In this document: one piece after another, positions 48,836 to 61,935 of the stretch
Layout: each line of letters starts with the position of its first letter
How positions within the stretch are numbered: the first letter of the stretch is position 1
Assembly (NCBI RefSeq): GCF_006345805.1
Contig: NC_042998.1
Coordinates: 3,224,001-3,288,000, forward strand
Direction of reading: 5' to 3'
From: Octopus sinensis
Taxonomy: Eukaryota
Length of the DNA: 64,000 nucleotides
Made by a program: the position numbers and the translations under genes
The notes under the pieces: model-generated
Seen by the model: only the letters and a program-made list of their open reading frames with translations
Told to the model about the DNA's origin: nothing
The model's database searches: none

Positions 48836-50731
48836 ATGTTTGTATTTATAGAGCATCCGATACATTTCCGGTTGACATCCAGCTCGTATCTATGTAGCAT
48901 CCGGTTGCTCACTCGTCCCACATTTGTATCTTCGTTGACTTTATTTATAAATGTTTGAATGTTTGCTGTTTCCTTTGAATAATTAAGAAATGGTCTCTCA
49001 TTAAATTATATTTTTTCACATGGGTTGCAATATGAATGAAACTGATAGTGAGAAATCACTGGGCAAAACCGAATCGGATGTAACATGTTTTTTACTTTAT
49101 GAAGTTCGTGGTGACGTTAATTTGGATCATTAGCATTTATTCCCATGGCTTAGATTTAAAATTTCTAAGAATTTACGACGCGCGGGCGCATACACACAAA
49201 CATACACACACATACACATACACACACACATACACACGCATGCACAAACACGCACACACAGACGTGCTACTATGATCTGATCATTAGTTTTATATTTTAG
49301 ATATCGAATGAATGAGCTCTATTTGCCGAGTAAAGATTGGATCTACAGAGAGTAAGCATATGTTTCTGAGAAGCGCCTATGTAACTTTTATGGCATCCAC
49401 CACTGTTGCAGATCTCTATACACATTTATTGAACGAGCTCGTGAGAAAACATATCTGTAGTCATTCGGCCTGCATGTCACGCCATACTGTCCTAAACATG
49501 GTAGTTTTGTCCTTGATATATGTACAAAAACATGATCAGGTCTCAGCAATAGGTATCTTTGATTTTAGACCTACTCGACCAGGGTTGACTTGGTGCTATA
49601 AAGCAGCAACAAAAACACCACTTACTTTGCGTAGAGTACCATTCCAAAGTACGTTCCCTTCTTCGGTATAGGATTCAGTACTAAATATGAATTGCAGCTA
49701 CTGCTGCTGTTGTTGTTGTTCTTGTTGATTAATAAGCTCAGGAACTACGAGTCCGAAATGTTTTCTATTTAGTTTTCACCATCCATAATCGTGTTAGGAG
49801 TGCCAACGGTTAACCTTTTAAGGATAGACGCGTAGACAGAATGGTGCCAATTGAAATATAAGTCATTTTAAGAAAGAAGCAGAACAGAAACTTCAGATTT
49901 GTATACGTAATTTATTTGTAAGTAAAATTTCTAATCACTTAAATACGAACATCTTATAACTATTTTTTTTTATGCAAATGTGTTTTTATATTCCACAGTT
50001 ACTTTTAAAGTCGGCTTTTAATATAACCTGTTTTGATTCGTACATGGTAATATGTTCTTTTTTTTTTATATAACACATTTGCTTCGAGAGCAAGGTGCGC
50101 AAACTATTTTGCTTTGATACAAACATATTAAAATGAAAACAATGAGATAATATATATCTTCTGTCAAGAAGCTAACATTGTTTCCATCCATTAATACATC
50201 TTTGCAAAATCTCAACTCTCTGAAAGCAGTTTCATAACGTACGGAGCCTGACGTTTACGCCAATGTGTTGATATGATAAATATCCTGCATCTCATAGGTG
50301 GTTCAGAGCGAAAGAGATGCAGAGATATACAGAGAGAGAAAGACGGAAAGAAAGAAAGAGATAGAAACGAAGAGAGAGAGACGGAGAGACAGAAAACAAC
50401 TTGTTTTACCGGAAGTTTATGCTATAGATTAAACTTCAAACTTAGCAACAAAACAACTTTGAGTTTTGTTACATTGGGTGCAAATTTCAAATTAATAACT
50501 TTCAAACTCCACTCAAGAGTTGTGATGTTGTATTCTTTGAAATAAAACGTTTATTTCAAAACGTATTTTGAAGAACAAACAATTCGTTTTTGTTTGTTTG
50601 TTTTTTTTTTATTTCACAGACATTCTAATCGCAAGACTCTTTTTCTATATGTGCCTCAGCTCACTTCCAGTACGAGTATTACCAAATTACACCACGCAAT
50701 AGCATGCTATAAGTCATTGGCTTAGGTATAT

Positions 50732-50801
<70 letters not shown>

Positions 50802-50812
50802 TATATATATAC

Positions 50813-51148
50813 ACATTCAAAATGTGACCGCGTGTGTACCGTTGGCGATTTTTTTCCTCTGTCTTCCCTTCTCTGGATCTCTCCTTCTCCTATGTTCCGA
50901 CGAAGAGCTCCGCTCGAAACGTTAAACCCTCCTTCTTTCCTTCTTTCCTGAGCGTCCAATAATACTATATTTGTTCCACGTCCTCGCGTTGTGTGTTTTT
51001 TTTGTGCTTTCTTGTTTGGATTAAATATATATATATAAAGCACAAAAAAACACAACAACGCGAGGACGTGGAACAAATATAGTATTATTGGACGCTCAGG
51101 AAAGAAGGAAAGAAGGAGGGTTTAACGTTTCGAGCGGACCTCTTCGTC
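50813..51148. mobile_element. Penelope-LTR-like non-coding element with an inverted partial copy (112-bp arms, 26-nt spacer)
   Basis: CCGACGAAGAGCTCCGCTCGAAACGTT resembles PLE pseudo-LTR/minimal hammerhead motifs. Arms 50899-51010 and 51037-51148 are reverse complements with one substitution and small indels. Confidence 0.65.
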
Positions 51149-51504
51149 ATATATATATGTATGTATGTATGTATATATTTGTCTCCATGTCTTAAGAAGG
51201 AAGTGCAAAATGCTGGCCACTAGAAACACTAGGAAAATACGAAAGAAATGGAACGAACACGAGAGAACACTTTTGATCTAGGTTTTCTCGATTCGATCTA
51301 GGCCCGATTCAAGTTAAAGAAAAACCACTACAGCATAGATTTTACGTTGTCATTTAATATGCTACAAATAACAGCCAAACATCTCCTCATATCTCATATT
51401 TCCGGTTTAAACTGGGAGAGCACACTGAATAATGTAGTCATGGGTATACCATACCTCGAAATATAAAAAAAGACAAGGATAACAAGGCTTGAACAAATTG
51501 ATTA

Positions 51505-51894
51505 TAGGAGCGTAGGAGTGGCTGTGTGGTAAGTAGCTTGCTTACAAACCACATGGTTCCGGGTTCAGTCCTATTGCGTGGCACCTTGGGCAAGCGTCTT
51601 CTACTATAGCCTTGGGCCGACCAAAGCCTTGTGAGTGGATTTGTTAGACGGAAACTGAAAGAAGCTCGTTGCATATATGTGTGTGTTTGTGTGTCTGTGT
51701 TTGTCTTCCCAACATCACTTGACAACCGATGGTGGTGTGTTTACGTCCCCGTAACTTAGCGGTTCGGCAAAAGAGATCGATAGAATAAGTACTAGGCTTG
51801 CAAAGAATAACTTCCGGGGTCGATTTGCTCGACTAAAGGCGGTGCTCCAGCATGGCCACAGTCACATGACTGAAACAAGTAAAAGAGTAAAAGA
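51505..51894 (+). mobile_element. SINE-A, full length
   Basis: Near-consensus head and tail (GGCGGTGCTCCAGCATGGCCACAGTCACATGACTGAAACAAGTAAAAGAG). Confidence 0.92.
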
Positions 51895-52560
51895 TAAATT
51901 TGTTATTTCATGGTTAGACCACTATCATATAGTGTGGACTACAATACCACCAAAAATATTTACACTGTACATAAAACAGCACAAAACATCATACATAATG
52001 TTGATTGAATAACCTCTAGTGTGATCCCCTGCTTCATATGTCATCTCTTGACACTCTTCGACGTGAACACCTGCTTCAGGTAAGCTTTCTTATATTTGAA
52101 CAGAGTTTTATTATCGTCTCCCGTATTTTGAGCTCAACTTGACTTACTCCGATTCAGTGTCTCTCGCATTTCGTATATTCCGTACAATGTTCATTGTATT
52201 CAAGATGCTGCCTACTGTCACTACTGCTGCTTTTAGTAAATATACTAGCAGTGAGAGCAACAGCAACAAAAGAAGTCAGTAATTGTAGAGATGGTTATGG
52301 TGGTCAAGATCGTCGTCTGGTGACAGTTGCATCGATGAGTCATGGTGAATAGATTTGTAGAGATCGATGAGTCATGGGGAATAGATTTGTAGAGAACGTG
52401 TCAGTTAATTCTATGTTTGTATGTTTATATGTATGTATGTGTATGTATATTTGTATGTGTTTATATATACTTAGAGAAATATATATTATTTTACTTTTGT
52501 TTCAGTGGAATGTAAGAATATATATTTATGTATGTACGTATATATATATATATACATATA

Positions 52561-54091
52561 CCCGATAGGTTCCCTGCTTGTGTCCTGAAGGTGTGTCGAC
52601 ACCAACTTGCATCTCCCCTTGCTAATCTGTGGAGAAACTCACTGGATGCTGGCTATATTCCAAAAAACCTTCTGTCCCAGTCTGTTGTCCCAGTTTTCAA
52701 AAAGGGAAACAAGTCCCTTGCAGTGAATTACCGTCCGATCTCACTCACCTCTCATATCATCAAGGTATTTGAGAGGGTGGTGAGATCTCGAATAACCCAA
52801 TTTCTGGAAAGCAACAGACGGCTGATCTCCAACCAACATGGGTTCCGTAATGGAAGGGACTGCCTAACGCAGCTCCTGCATCACTTTGAGGACATTTTGA
52901 GAGCTTTGGGAGAGGGCTCCAACACCGATGTCATCTACCTTGATTTCAGTAAGGCCTTCGACAGGGTCGATCACAAGATCCTATTGAAAAACCTATCCAA
53001 CATTGGTGTCTCTGGAAAGTTACTGAAATGGATCAAGTGTTTCCTGACAGACAGATCTCAAAATGTTGTAGTTGAAGGGGTAAAATCAAGCCCAGCCAAA
53101 GTCAGTAGTGGCGTTCCGCAAGGCACTGTGCTGGGCCCACTTCTTTTCATCATTTACATTAATGACATTAATGACATCATCAAGCACAGCAACATAAAAA
53201 TCTTTGCAGATGACTCCAAGCTACAGAAGGTCATAAATGAGGCGAGTGACCGGACATGCCTTCAGTCAGATCTACTGGCTGTTATCCAATGGGCAGAAAA
53301 AAAACAATATGCTGCTGAACGAGGATAAATTTGAGCTAATCCACTTTGGAAAAGAGGATGCCCTGAAACTCCCATACTCCCTTCCTTCAGATGAAACTCT
53401 CGCGGCGTCCAACAACATCAGAGACTTGGGAGTAATTGTGGACAACAACATAAGCTGGGCCACTCATATAAACACCAAAGTTGACATGGCCCGCAGAATG
53501 TGTTCCTGGATTCTCAGAACTTTCCAGTCGAGAGATATCCACACCATTATCCTTCTCTTCTCCACTTTTGCCCGACCCCACCTTGAATACTGTTGTCCAC
53601 TGTGGTCTCCCCACACAATACAAGGTATCATAAAAGTTGAAGCACCTCAAAGGGCAATCACAAAAAAGATAGATGGCATGACAGGCCTCGACTATTGGGG
53701 TCGACTAGAAAAGCTAAAACTCTATTCTCTCCAACGTCGTCGTGAGCGCTACATCATCTGCATGATGTGGAAAATATTCCATCAGCATTGCCCAAATGAT
53801 GTTGGCATCACCTTTAAGGTACATCCAAGGCTTGGGCCCCGTGCCATGCGCCCAAAACAAAAATCGCACTCTCATCTCATAACAACAATACGGCACAATT
53901 ATTTCACCTCAATTGGCCCCGCTCTCTTTAACATTACACCAAAACACATTAAAACAGAAACTGACCCTATAGGGTTCAAGAAGTCTTTGGACAGATTCCT
54001 TCAAGAAATCCCGGATAAACCCCCTACACCCGGATATGTCTCTGTAAACAATAACTCTCTACTTGAGTGGGCCATAGTGCCCAAATTCTGA
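52561..54091 (+). pseudogene. CR1 ORF2 reverse transcriptase and C-terminal region, one +1 frameshift in an A8 run (53297-53304)
   Basis: The ORF-track pieces 52528-53328 and 53237-54091 join in frame if one A is removed (QWAEK-NNMLLNEDKF); no other stops seen. Confidence 0.9.
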
Positions 54092-54176
54092 CTTGAAAGA
54101 CTTCACCAGGTGGTGCTATTAAGTTAGACATGGCCTGGGCCAATAATGGCCGAAACCTATCAAAGTATCAAAGTAT
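52561..54176 (+). mobile_element. 5'-truncated CR1-clade LINE (RT domain to 3' end, (ATCAAAGT)n tail), little decayed
   Basis: RT motifs NYRPISLTS, QHGFR, YLDFSKAFDRV, GVPQGTVLGPLLF, FADD; C-terminal LEYCCPLWSP, LYSLQRRRERY; 3'UTR ends CATGGCCTGGGCCAATAATGGCCGAAAC-CTATCAAAGTATCAAAGT. Confidence 0.95.
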
Positions 54177-54188
54177 ATATATATATAT

Positions 54189-54245
<57 letters not shown>

Positions 54246-54295
54246 CATATGTATATATATATATATATATATACATACATATGTATATATATATA

Positions 54296-54339
<44 letters not shown>

Positions 54340-54480
54340 GTATGTATATATATATACATATGTATGTATACATATGTATGTATATATATACATATGTATG
54401 TATATATATATATATATATGTATATATATACATATGTATGTATATATATATATACATATATATATGTATATATATATATA
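54177..54480. repeat. (TA)n/(TATG)/(CATA) microsatellite with inverted symmetry
   Basis: Read directly. Confidence 0.95.
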
Positions 54481-54535
54481 TACTTTGATACTTGATAGGT
54501 TTCGGCCATTATTGGCCCAGGCCATGTCTAACTTA
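54481..54535 (-). mobile_element. 55-bp inverted copy of the CR1 3' terminus
   Basis: Reverse complement of 54120-54175 apart from one missing A. Confidence 0.92.
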
Positions 54536-55200
54536 TACTTCTCACTAGTGACGTCAGGGGCAATTGGACCATCACAGAATAGCTGCCTTGTTTCATTGTT
54601 GGAAGAAATCTTTTCATCTCAAATTCTTGATCATTGAGTCTCCAGACCCACATTCGACCACTGTCAGAAAATACAACAAATCTAGACTCATCAGAGAATA
54701 TGACAGTATCACCAACAGCCAGTCCATGTGGCCACTCCATCATCTCATTGGCCCAATCTTTCATCCATTTGATATTGGCTGGGTGAAGAAGTTGCTTCCT
54801 CCTTGCTGCTCTGCCATAGTAGCCAAATTTGTGGAGATACCTGACAGCTGTTCTGGAGGCATTGCAATAAGAATTGTCCTCTACACTACAAAGGGTCCTG
54901 TCAGAAGGCTGTGGTCGACCTGGTCAAGGTATGTGGTATCCTTCCCCTCTCTGGTGATTTGCACAATGACCCTATTAACTATAGAAGGCGATATCCCAAG
55001 GTTTTTTGCTATTTTACGCTAAGTCCATCTTCAGATTGACCCACAATAAAGTCTCTTTGAAATTAGGACAGTTCCAAGGCTTCTTTTGTACGTGGCATGA
55101 TTAAACAGTCACATATTGAACCTGAAACATAAAAATGTTCATTAGTAAGAAATATAAACCTTTACATTTAAAATAAACATAAAGCGATGTTTTATGGGAT
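54536..55200 (-). mobile_element. Tc1-family transposon 5' half (decayed transposase, ATG ~55098)
   Basis: MPRTKE...RKIAKNLGISPSIVNRVI (HTH), GRAARRKQLL, VIFSDESRF (first catalytic D), YSVMV; truncated before the second D. Confidence 0.85.
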
Positions 55201-55241
55201 GTCTATGTACTTCTGTCCTCTGTGTGTGTGTGTATTATATA

Positions 55242-55308
<67 letters not shown>

Positions 55309-55671
55309 CGTGCATATATATGTATGGACGTTCGTATATGTAAGTATAACGTTTGTTCTGCATATATATATTTGTATTTATGTGCTCTGATATATTCAAC
55401 CGATGACGGCAAAGTTTATTTAAAGCAAAGCTAGAAATCCAGGATCTTGAATTATCCAGTAATATCTTTTTGCTAGTTTATCTCATGGTGCGATATGAAC
55501 ATTTTAGGTGGTTTTTAGAATCAGGGTTTGACTGCTATTTCGGCATGGTGGTGTCTCTCAGATACCCTTATTTATAGTTGTAAAAAATTATTACCTTTGT
55601 ATGGCATTTATTCTCATGCTGGCCACTTGATAATATCGATATTTAAATATCGATATTATCCTTATTTATAA

Positions 55672-55716
<45 letters not shown>

Positions 55717-56510
55717 TTAAATAGATTAGAACTACCAGTGAAGTCATTCTTTTCCTTTTTCAAATATATATACTCGTATATATATAAATACGGAGATGTA
55801 CTTGCATAACAAGTGACTTGATCTGAGATGGTGTGCTGAAACAAAAACAATTGCAACGTGGAAGGTGTTTGTAAGCCATTTAAGAACACACAGAAACCGT
55901 TAGTTTCACTTCAACATTTTAATTTAATTTGTCAAAATATTATCGTCGCTTTAAAACCGGTAGTTTTAATCTATTTAATGATTTTACTGTTTGCTTTGTA
56001 ACCCATATTTAGTAAGATGTATAAATATGCGTGTATCGGCTTTTATATTTGAACTCTAGGGACGATATAGTATTTTTTCTGAAACAGACTGACACTAAAA
56101 ACAAAAGACTTGAATACTGTACGTTAGATGAAAATTAGACAACCGTGCTTTCACTATATTCTGTTCCCGCTCAGATTTCTCCATTTTGAAAAGATGGTAA
56201 AGATAAGGAGAGAAAAAATGTCTAAGTAGAACAGATAAGATTGAAAAGAACAGAACTTGACAGCTGATGTAAATTTCGGGTTCCATGGTTATATAGAAAC
56301 TATTAACATCAGTGTTAAAAAGTGGGGTTGATTGCGTGTTGGATGGGAAAAAAGCGAACCCTACGGAGTACTTTATTATGCATCGTAAAAGTACGATATT
56401 ATGGTTAAAGTGTTCTACAAATTCTGACACATTTAACCGTCGTTCGTCATTGTATCGGATATCAACCGCTTATAGTCCAGATAGATTTTTTCTAAATGGT
56501 AACAACAGCA

Positions 56511-56550
<40 letters not shown>

Positions 56551-56889
56551 TATGTTACTACCATTGGTTTCATGCAATACGTCGCAGTTATGAAACGTTC
56601 CACTTAATGATGGTAATTCGTCTCTTTATGGGACATGATACCATAGTCATAAATCCACAAGTATCCAGCAAATGTATTCAGCAAATGCAATGCTATTCCC
56701 CGCTATAGTGTACGTGTATGCGCATCCGTATAGTCAAGATATTAAAAAATGTTGAAAATCAGTGAAGAGCTAACACTTCCCTTGTTGACATAGAGGTCAC
56801 AACAAAATCAGTATTATTAAACTTAGAATTTCGATTATTATGAACAAGACATGATTGCTATAAATTTTACTTAATAATGCAGTTAATTG

Positions 56890-57397
56890 TGGAGGCGCGT
56901 GGCTTAGTGGTTAGGGTGTCAGCATCATGAACGTAAGATTGGGTTTCGATTCCTGGACCGGGCGATGTGTTGTGTTCTTGATCAAAACACTTCATTTCAC
57001 GTTGCTCCAGTCCACTCAGCTGGCAAAAATGAGTAACGCTGCGATGGACTGGCGTCCTGTCCAGCTGGGGAACATATACGCCATTGAAACCGGGAAACCA
57101 GGCCGATGAGCCTGGCTAGGTTTAAAAAGGCGCATTTATGTGGAGGCACGTGGCTTAGTGGTTAGGTGTCAGCATCATGATCATAAGATTGTGTTTCGAT
57201 TCCTGGACCGGGCGACGCGTTGTGTTCTTGAGCAAAACACTTCATTTCACGTTGCTCCAGTCCACTCAGCTGGCAAAAATGAGTAACGCTGCGATGGACT
57301 GGCGTCCCATCCAGCTGGGGAACACATACGCCATAAAAACCGCGAAACCGGGCCCATGAGCCTGGCTAGGCTTGAAAAGGGCGCATTTATTTTTTAT
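56890..57397 (+). mobile_element. Head-to-tail dimer of SINE-C (H1+T1) within one probable TSD
   Basis: Units at ~56890-57138 and ~57140-57397; flanks TAATGCAGTTAATTG (56875-56889) and TAATGCATTTCATTG (57398-57412), 13/15 match. Confidence 0.88.
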
Positions 57398-59099
57398 TAA
57401 TGCATTTCATTGCATGTTCCATGCATGTCTCATACAGGTTTACAGTGAACCTTATTGCGTTACCCTGTTATTCAATGGTGTAGTGGAAGTATATTTCCAT
57501 TGTATTAAAGTTCTTTGTCGTAGTTTTGGAAATTTATCTGAACATAAGCTGTTAATCTGGTATTGTGATAGAACGTTGCTTTGACGATGTGTGAACCTGT
57601 TAGTATCTATTAATACTTTCTTGCCTTCTCTCTTTTATTATTTACTAGCTTAATTTCATGTTGAAGCCTATATAATTGTCTAATTTATTTCGTGTCTCTC
57701 TATATCTATGAAGTCACGAAGGTCATATTCGAATGCTTTTAAATATAGCCATTCAAAAGACGGAGGAGTAGCATATCTCTCTTCTGTATCAGCTTTCTTC
57801 AATGGCCAGACACTTTAGGAATTGTTATTTAACGACAGTGGTCAAATGGAATGAAAATTATAGTCCGATATCGGACTCGAAATTCTAATTTGAGTGTACT
57901 TTGTAATGATACTGACATTATTGTGGTATCTTTATACAATACAGTCCACATAATGGATTAAAAACAATAGAAACCTTAACTTATTTAAACTACTTTTAAG
58001 TGTATGTTACGCAGCAGAAGTAAGGTTCTCGAATGTTCATTTGAAAATTCTGTGAAACATTCAACTTAACTGCTTTTCTTTGTCAATAAATCCGAAATCT
58101 GTCGCTTATATTTAAAATATATTATGCACAAAATCAACTTTATTTACATTCTGCTTGCTTAAAGGTTGATTAAAGTCTGTTGCAACAGTCTATGTGGGAA
58201 CAAATAGAAATAGAGTAACAGCTATTAACCAAATCTTTTTACAATCTAGAGGATATATTTCTGATGAACTTCTATTAGCATGAAGGTATTGCCATTAATC
58301 ACTCTCAGATATTTCATGTTATTCAATGCCTTTAAATAGTTAACACATGCCGTTGCTTACTTTTCACTCCTTGGTAATTTCTTCGGATTTTTTCTACGCG
58401 AAACCAGGCGTAGTAAGACATCCATGTACAATGAAGAAAATACAGCTTAGTGTTTGTCCTGAGGGACAATCAAATGATTCTTCTTAAATATGATCATATT
58501 GTTCTTGACAACATACTGGGTTCTGCTAAATAGAAACAATTTGCTCATAGCACTCATGATAAGATCAACACGATGAAATACCGAGCTGCAATTGAGGGTA
58601 ACCGATTTATAATCATACTCCTATCGGATTTTCTTGCCATTATCAACCTTACGCTAGGATATGATGTATGTATCAAGTATTTCTCTTTCCATAGAACATC
58701 ATGTTGCATTATATTGAAATAATTGTGAATAGATGGAAACTGCATCGAAACCTGTTAGTCGGGCGGTATTTTCCATTCAAAAGTGAGTTTTATCAGATAC
58801 TGTGTCACTCTGATTCCATTTAAGAAATACTTTAAATGTTTGCGGAACAATGAGACACTGATATAATGAGCAGACAGTTCAGTTGATAGAACAACTACAA
58901 TATCCATTGTCGGAACATACGGACATAAATTTTATTTATAAATTACTGATGATCAGATATAAATACATGATAGGAACTAGCCTGGTTTATGCCTTCTTTT
59001 CTGCCCATGAAGATGTTGTATATATAAGCAAGATGTTTATGTTTGTCTATATATCGAGTCTTGGCAAAAAAAATCTTAATCAATAACAATTTCCAGCTT

Positions 59100-59830
59100 A
59101 GGTTAAAAGTCAGTAATTTTGAGGGATAAAAAGCAAATTTGACGTTGACGGGATTTGAACACAGAAAGAGAATACCTGAAAGAAATTCAACACTTTTACG
59201 ACGCTCTAACAATACTACCGGCACACGACTTTGTGTTACAAATAGTTACTTCAAATCCTAGCACAGGGTCAAGAGATTTTGATGGGAAGTCAGTCGATCA
59301 CAACGACCTCTGTCGTTACTTTATCGATTCGAAATGATGAAAGGCCAAGTCGACCTCGGCGGAATTTCAGCTCAGAGCGTATTGTCGCAAGAAATGCTCT
59401 AATCATGTTGGACAAAGCGTTAACGATTCTGTAAGCTCACCGCCTTACGTATATTACAAATAATCTTTTGTAACACAGGCACAATGTCGAGACATTTTGT
59501 GGGGATGGGATAAGTCGATTATATCGACCCCAGTGTTAACTGGTATTCATTTTATCGACTCCGAAATAATGAAAGGTAAATTTGACCTCGGCGAAATTTG
59601 AACTCAGTGTAAATGTCATTTAATAATTGTTATCATCGGTTTGTTTAAGTCGGTGAGCTGCTAGAATCACTAGCATACCGAGCAAAAACAAAGATTTGCA
59701 GCATTTCGTTCTGAGCTCAATTTTTACCAAAGTCGACTTTGCCATTCATCATTTCGGGGTGGTTAAAATAAGTACCAATCGAGAACTGGGGTCGATGTAA
59801 TCGATAGTTCCCTATCCCAACATTTCAGGC
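59100..59830. mobile_element. Cluster of about four degraded SINE-B copies (minus, minus, minus, plus)
   Basis: Repeated GTCGACCTCGGCGGAATTT..CTCAG and GTCGATGTAATCGA motifs in both orientations. Confidence 0.7.
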
Positions 59831-61559
59831 TTTGTGTCTATAGTGGAGAAGATTATTGCTTTGTTTAACCTCTTCCTCTTTAAAAAAAAAAATATATATA
59901 TATTTCTTTGCTTCTTGTAACTTAACTAAGTTTAGAATAAACTATGGAAAATTAATGACGAATTTCCGGTTAGCCTTTGAGCAAATAAGAAGGCTCTGCC
60001 TTCTGTGTTAAATTAGTAGAATTGGAAGACAAGCAATTTGTAGCATTTAATTACAATACTTTGCATTTGAATTCGGCTGACGTCAACATTGCCTTTCCTC
60101 TTTCAATTGATGATAAAATCAAGTTTCATCCAAGAACTGGAAGCAATTTCATAGTCTGTTTTCTCCACTCAAATATTTGGTCTTGAATTTATTACAAAAT
60201 GATTTACAACTGCAAGAGGAATCAGTATAACTGCAAATTATACGTGTGCATTTGTTTCTCTATAAAACTTTTTTATACAAAGTTTATGGGGTGATAACTG
60301 CTTCTCTATAATTTCTTTATAAGCTAATATCCTTTATAATTTAAACTATGAGCGCAACTCACTTTTGCTTTATCTCTTGAGAACTAACTTCCGTTGTGGG
60401 TTAACCACCTTAACACCGAAAGAAATGATTTAGAATTATGTGTTGACAATGCAGTATTTATCTCTTAACTTTCGTACGAACACAAATATATAAGTAATGA
60501 ATACGATCAATTTATACATACATACATACATACATACATGCATATGTATACATATATATATATATGTATGTATGCATATGCATATATATATACATATATA
60601 CACACACAAACATATGTTGTAGCAGTCTCTATAAGGTTTCTTAAATCGCAAGAAATAACAGCCACACCCCTCTCAATTTTGTTTTGAAACAAGGAAGGAC
60701 TTATTCATATATTACACAATATCACACCCTAATTCGTAGCCATCATTCTCAAACGCAAAGGATTTAGTAGCACGTGCTATGCTTTCACAACTTGTTTTCA
60801 ATTCCGATTGAAAAAATAGCAATATTTTGAAGAAATAGCATTTTTTCGAATTTTGTTTTTCTTGCTTGAGGCGCAAGAACACAACACTCCTCTCTGTACA
60901 CTCCTCCTGACACACAAGTGTATTCTAAGTATTTTATTAACTGTTTTTAGCGACTCAGACTTTTAGTTTCCTCCGATTATAGTCTTTATTTTTTTCTATG
61001 AGATAATGTATTTTAAATCGACAATCTTTCTCTCTCTCTCTTTCTCAGTTCTACCACATAAGCAATATTGAAATGCTTGAAGTTGTTAATTTAACTGTTG
61101 TGCAATTCCAACGAACAAAAGCATACAATTAGTAAAGAAAAATAAATAAACCTTCTCAAAAGGATGTTTATTGTTGTATGTCAGTCTCGACTTCTCAGAA
61201 TTTTTCAGATTTCCATTAAGTTGTTTACGTTAGGAAATGTTTGAAACGCCGTCAGAGTTGAGCAAAAAGAAAATGAAAACTCATCAAACGTAAAAAATAT
61301 TTAACAATTTTTACTGGTCCTTTTGTATGACATGAAAACTCACTAATTTTTGTTTCCAATTCTGTTGTTTCATGGTGAAATTACTAAGAATATTCCAGTA
61401 AGGTATGATAAGGCTATCATCTGTTTTGGGTGGAGCTGAGTAGTTCCAAATGTCAGGAAATGGAAATTATATTTCAGATTTATTTGTGATTAAAGAATGT
61501 ACATACAATTGAATTTCATTTTTGTCTCCGAACTGCTCTGTATATTCATATATTGGTTT

Positions 61560-61935
61560 CAAAATTTGGCACAAGGAGAGCAATTTCGAGGGGGAGATAA
61601 ATCGATTACATCGACCCCAGTACTCAACGGATTTTTATTTTATCGACCCCGAAAAGATGAAAGGTAAAGTCGACCTTGGGGGAGTTTGAACTCAGAACGT
61701 AATGACAGACGAAATACCTATTTCTTTACTACCCACAAGGGGCTAAACACAGAAAGGACAAACAAAGACAGACAAACGGATTAAGTTGATTATATCAACC
61801 CCAGTGTGTAACTGGTACTTAATTTATCGACCCCGAAAGGATGAAAGACAAAGTCAACCTCGGTGGAATTTGAACTCAGAACGTAACGGCAGATGAAATA
61901 ACACAAAGCATTTTGCTCGGCGTGTTAGTGATCCC
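61560..61935 (-). mobile_element. Two tandem SINE-B copies
   Basis: Two TTATCGACCCCGAAA.GATGAAAG..AAAGTC.ACCT.GG.GGA.TTTGAACTCAGAACG series. Confidence 0.85.

Noticed and set aside
48426-48921. Poly-M/D/S/I ORFs
   Set aside because: Pure (GAT/GAC)n array.
57750-58900. Complex AT-rich stretch that might be a decayed transposase or exon
   Set aside because: Hand translation of parts of it gave frequent stops and no diagnostic motif I could name.
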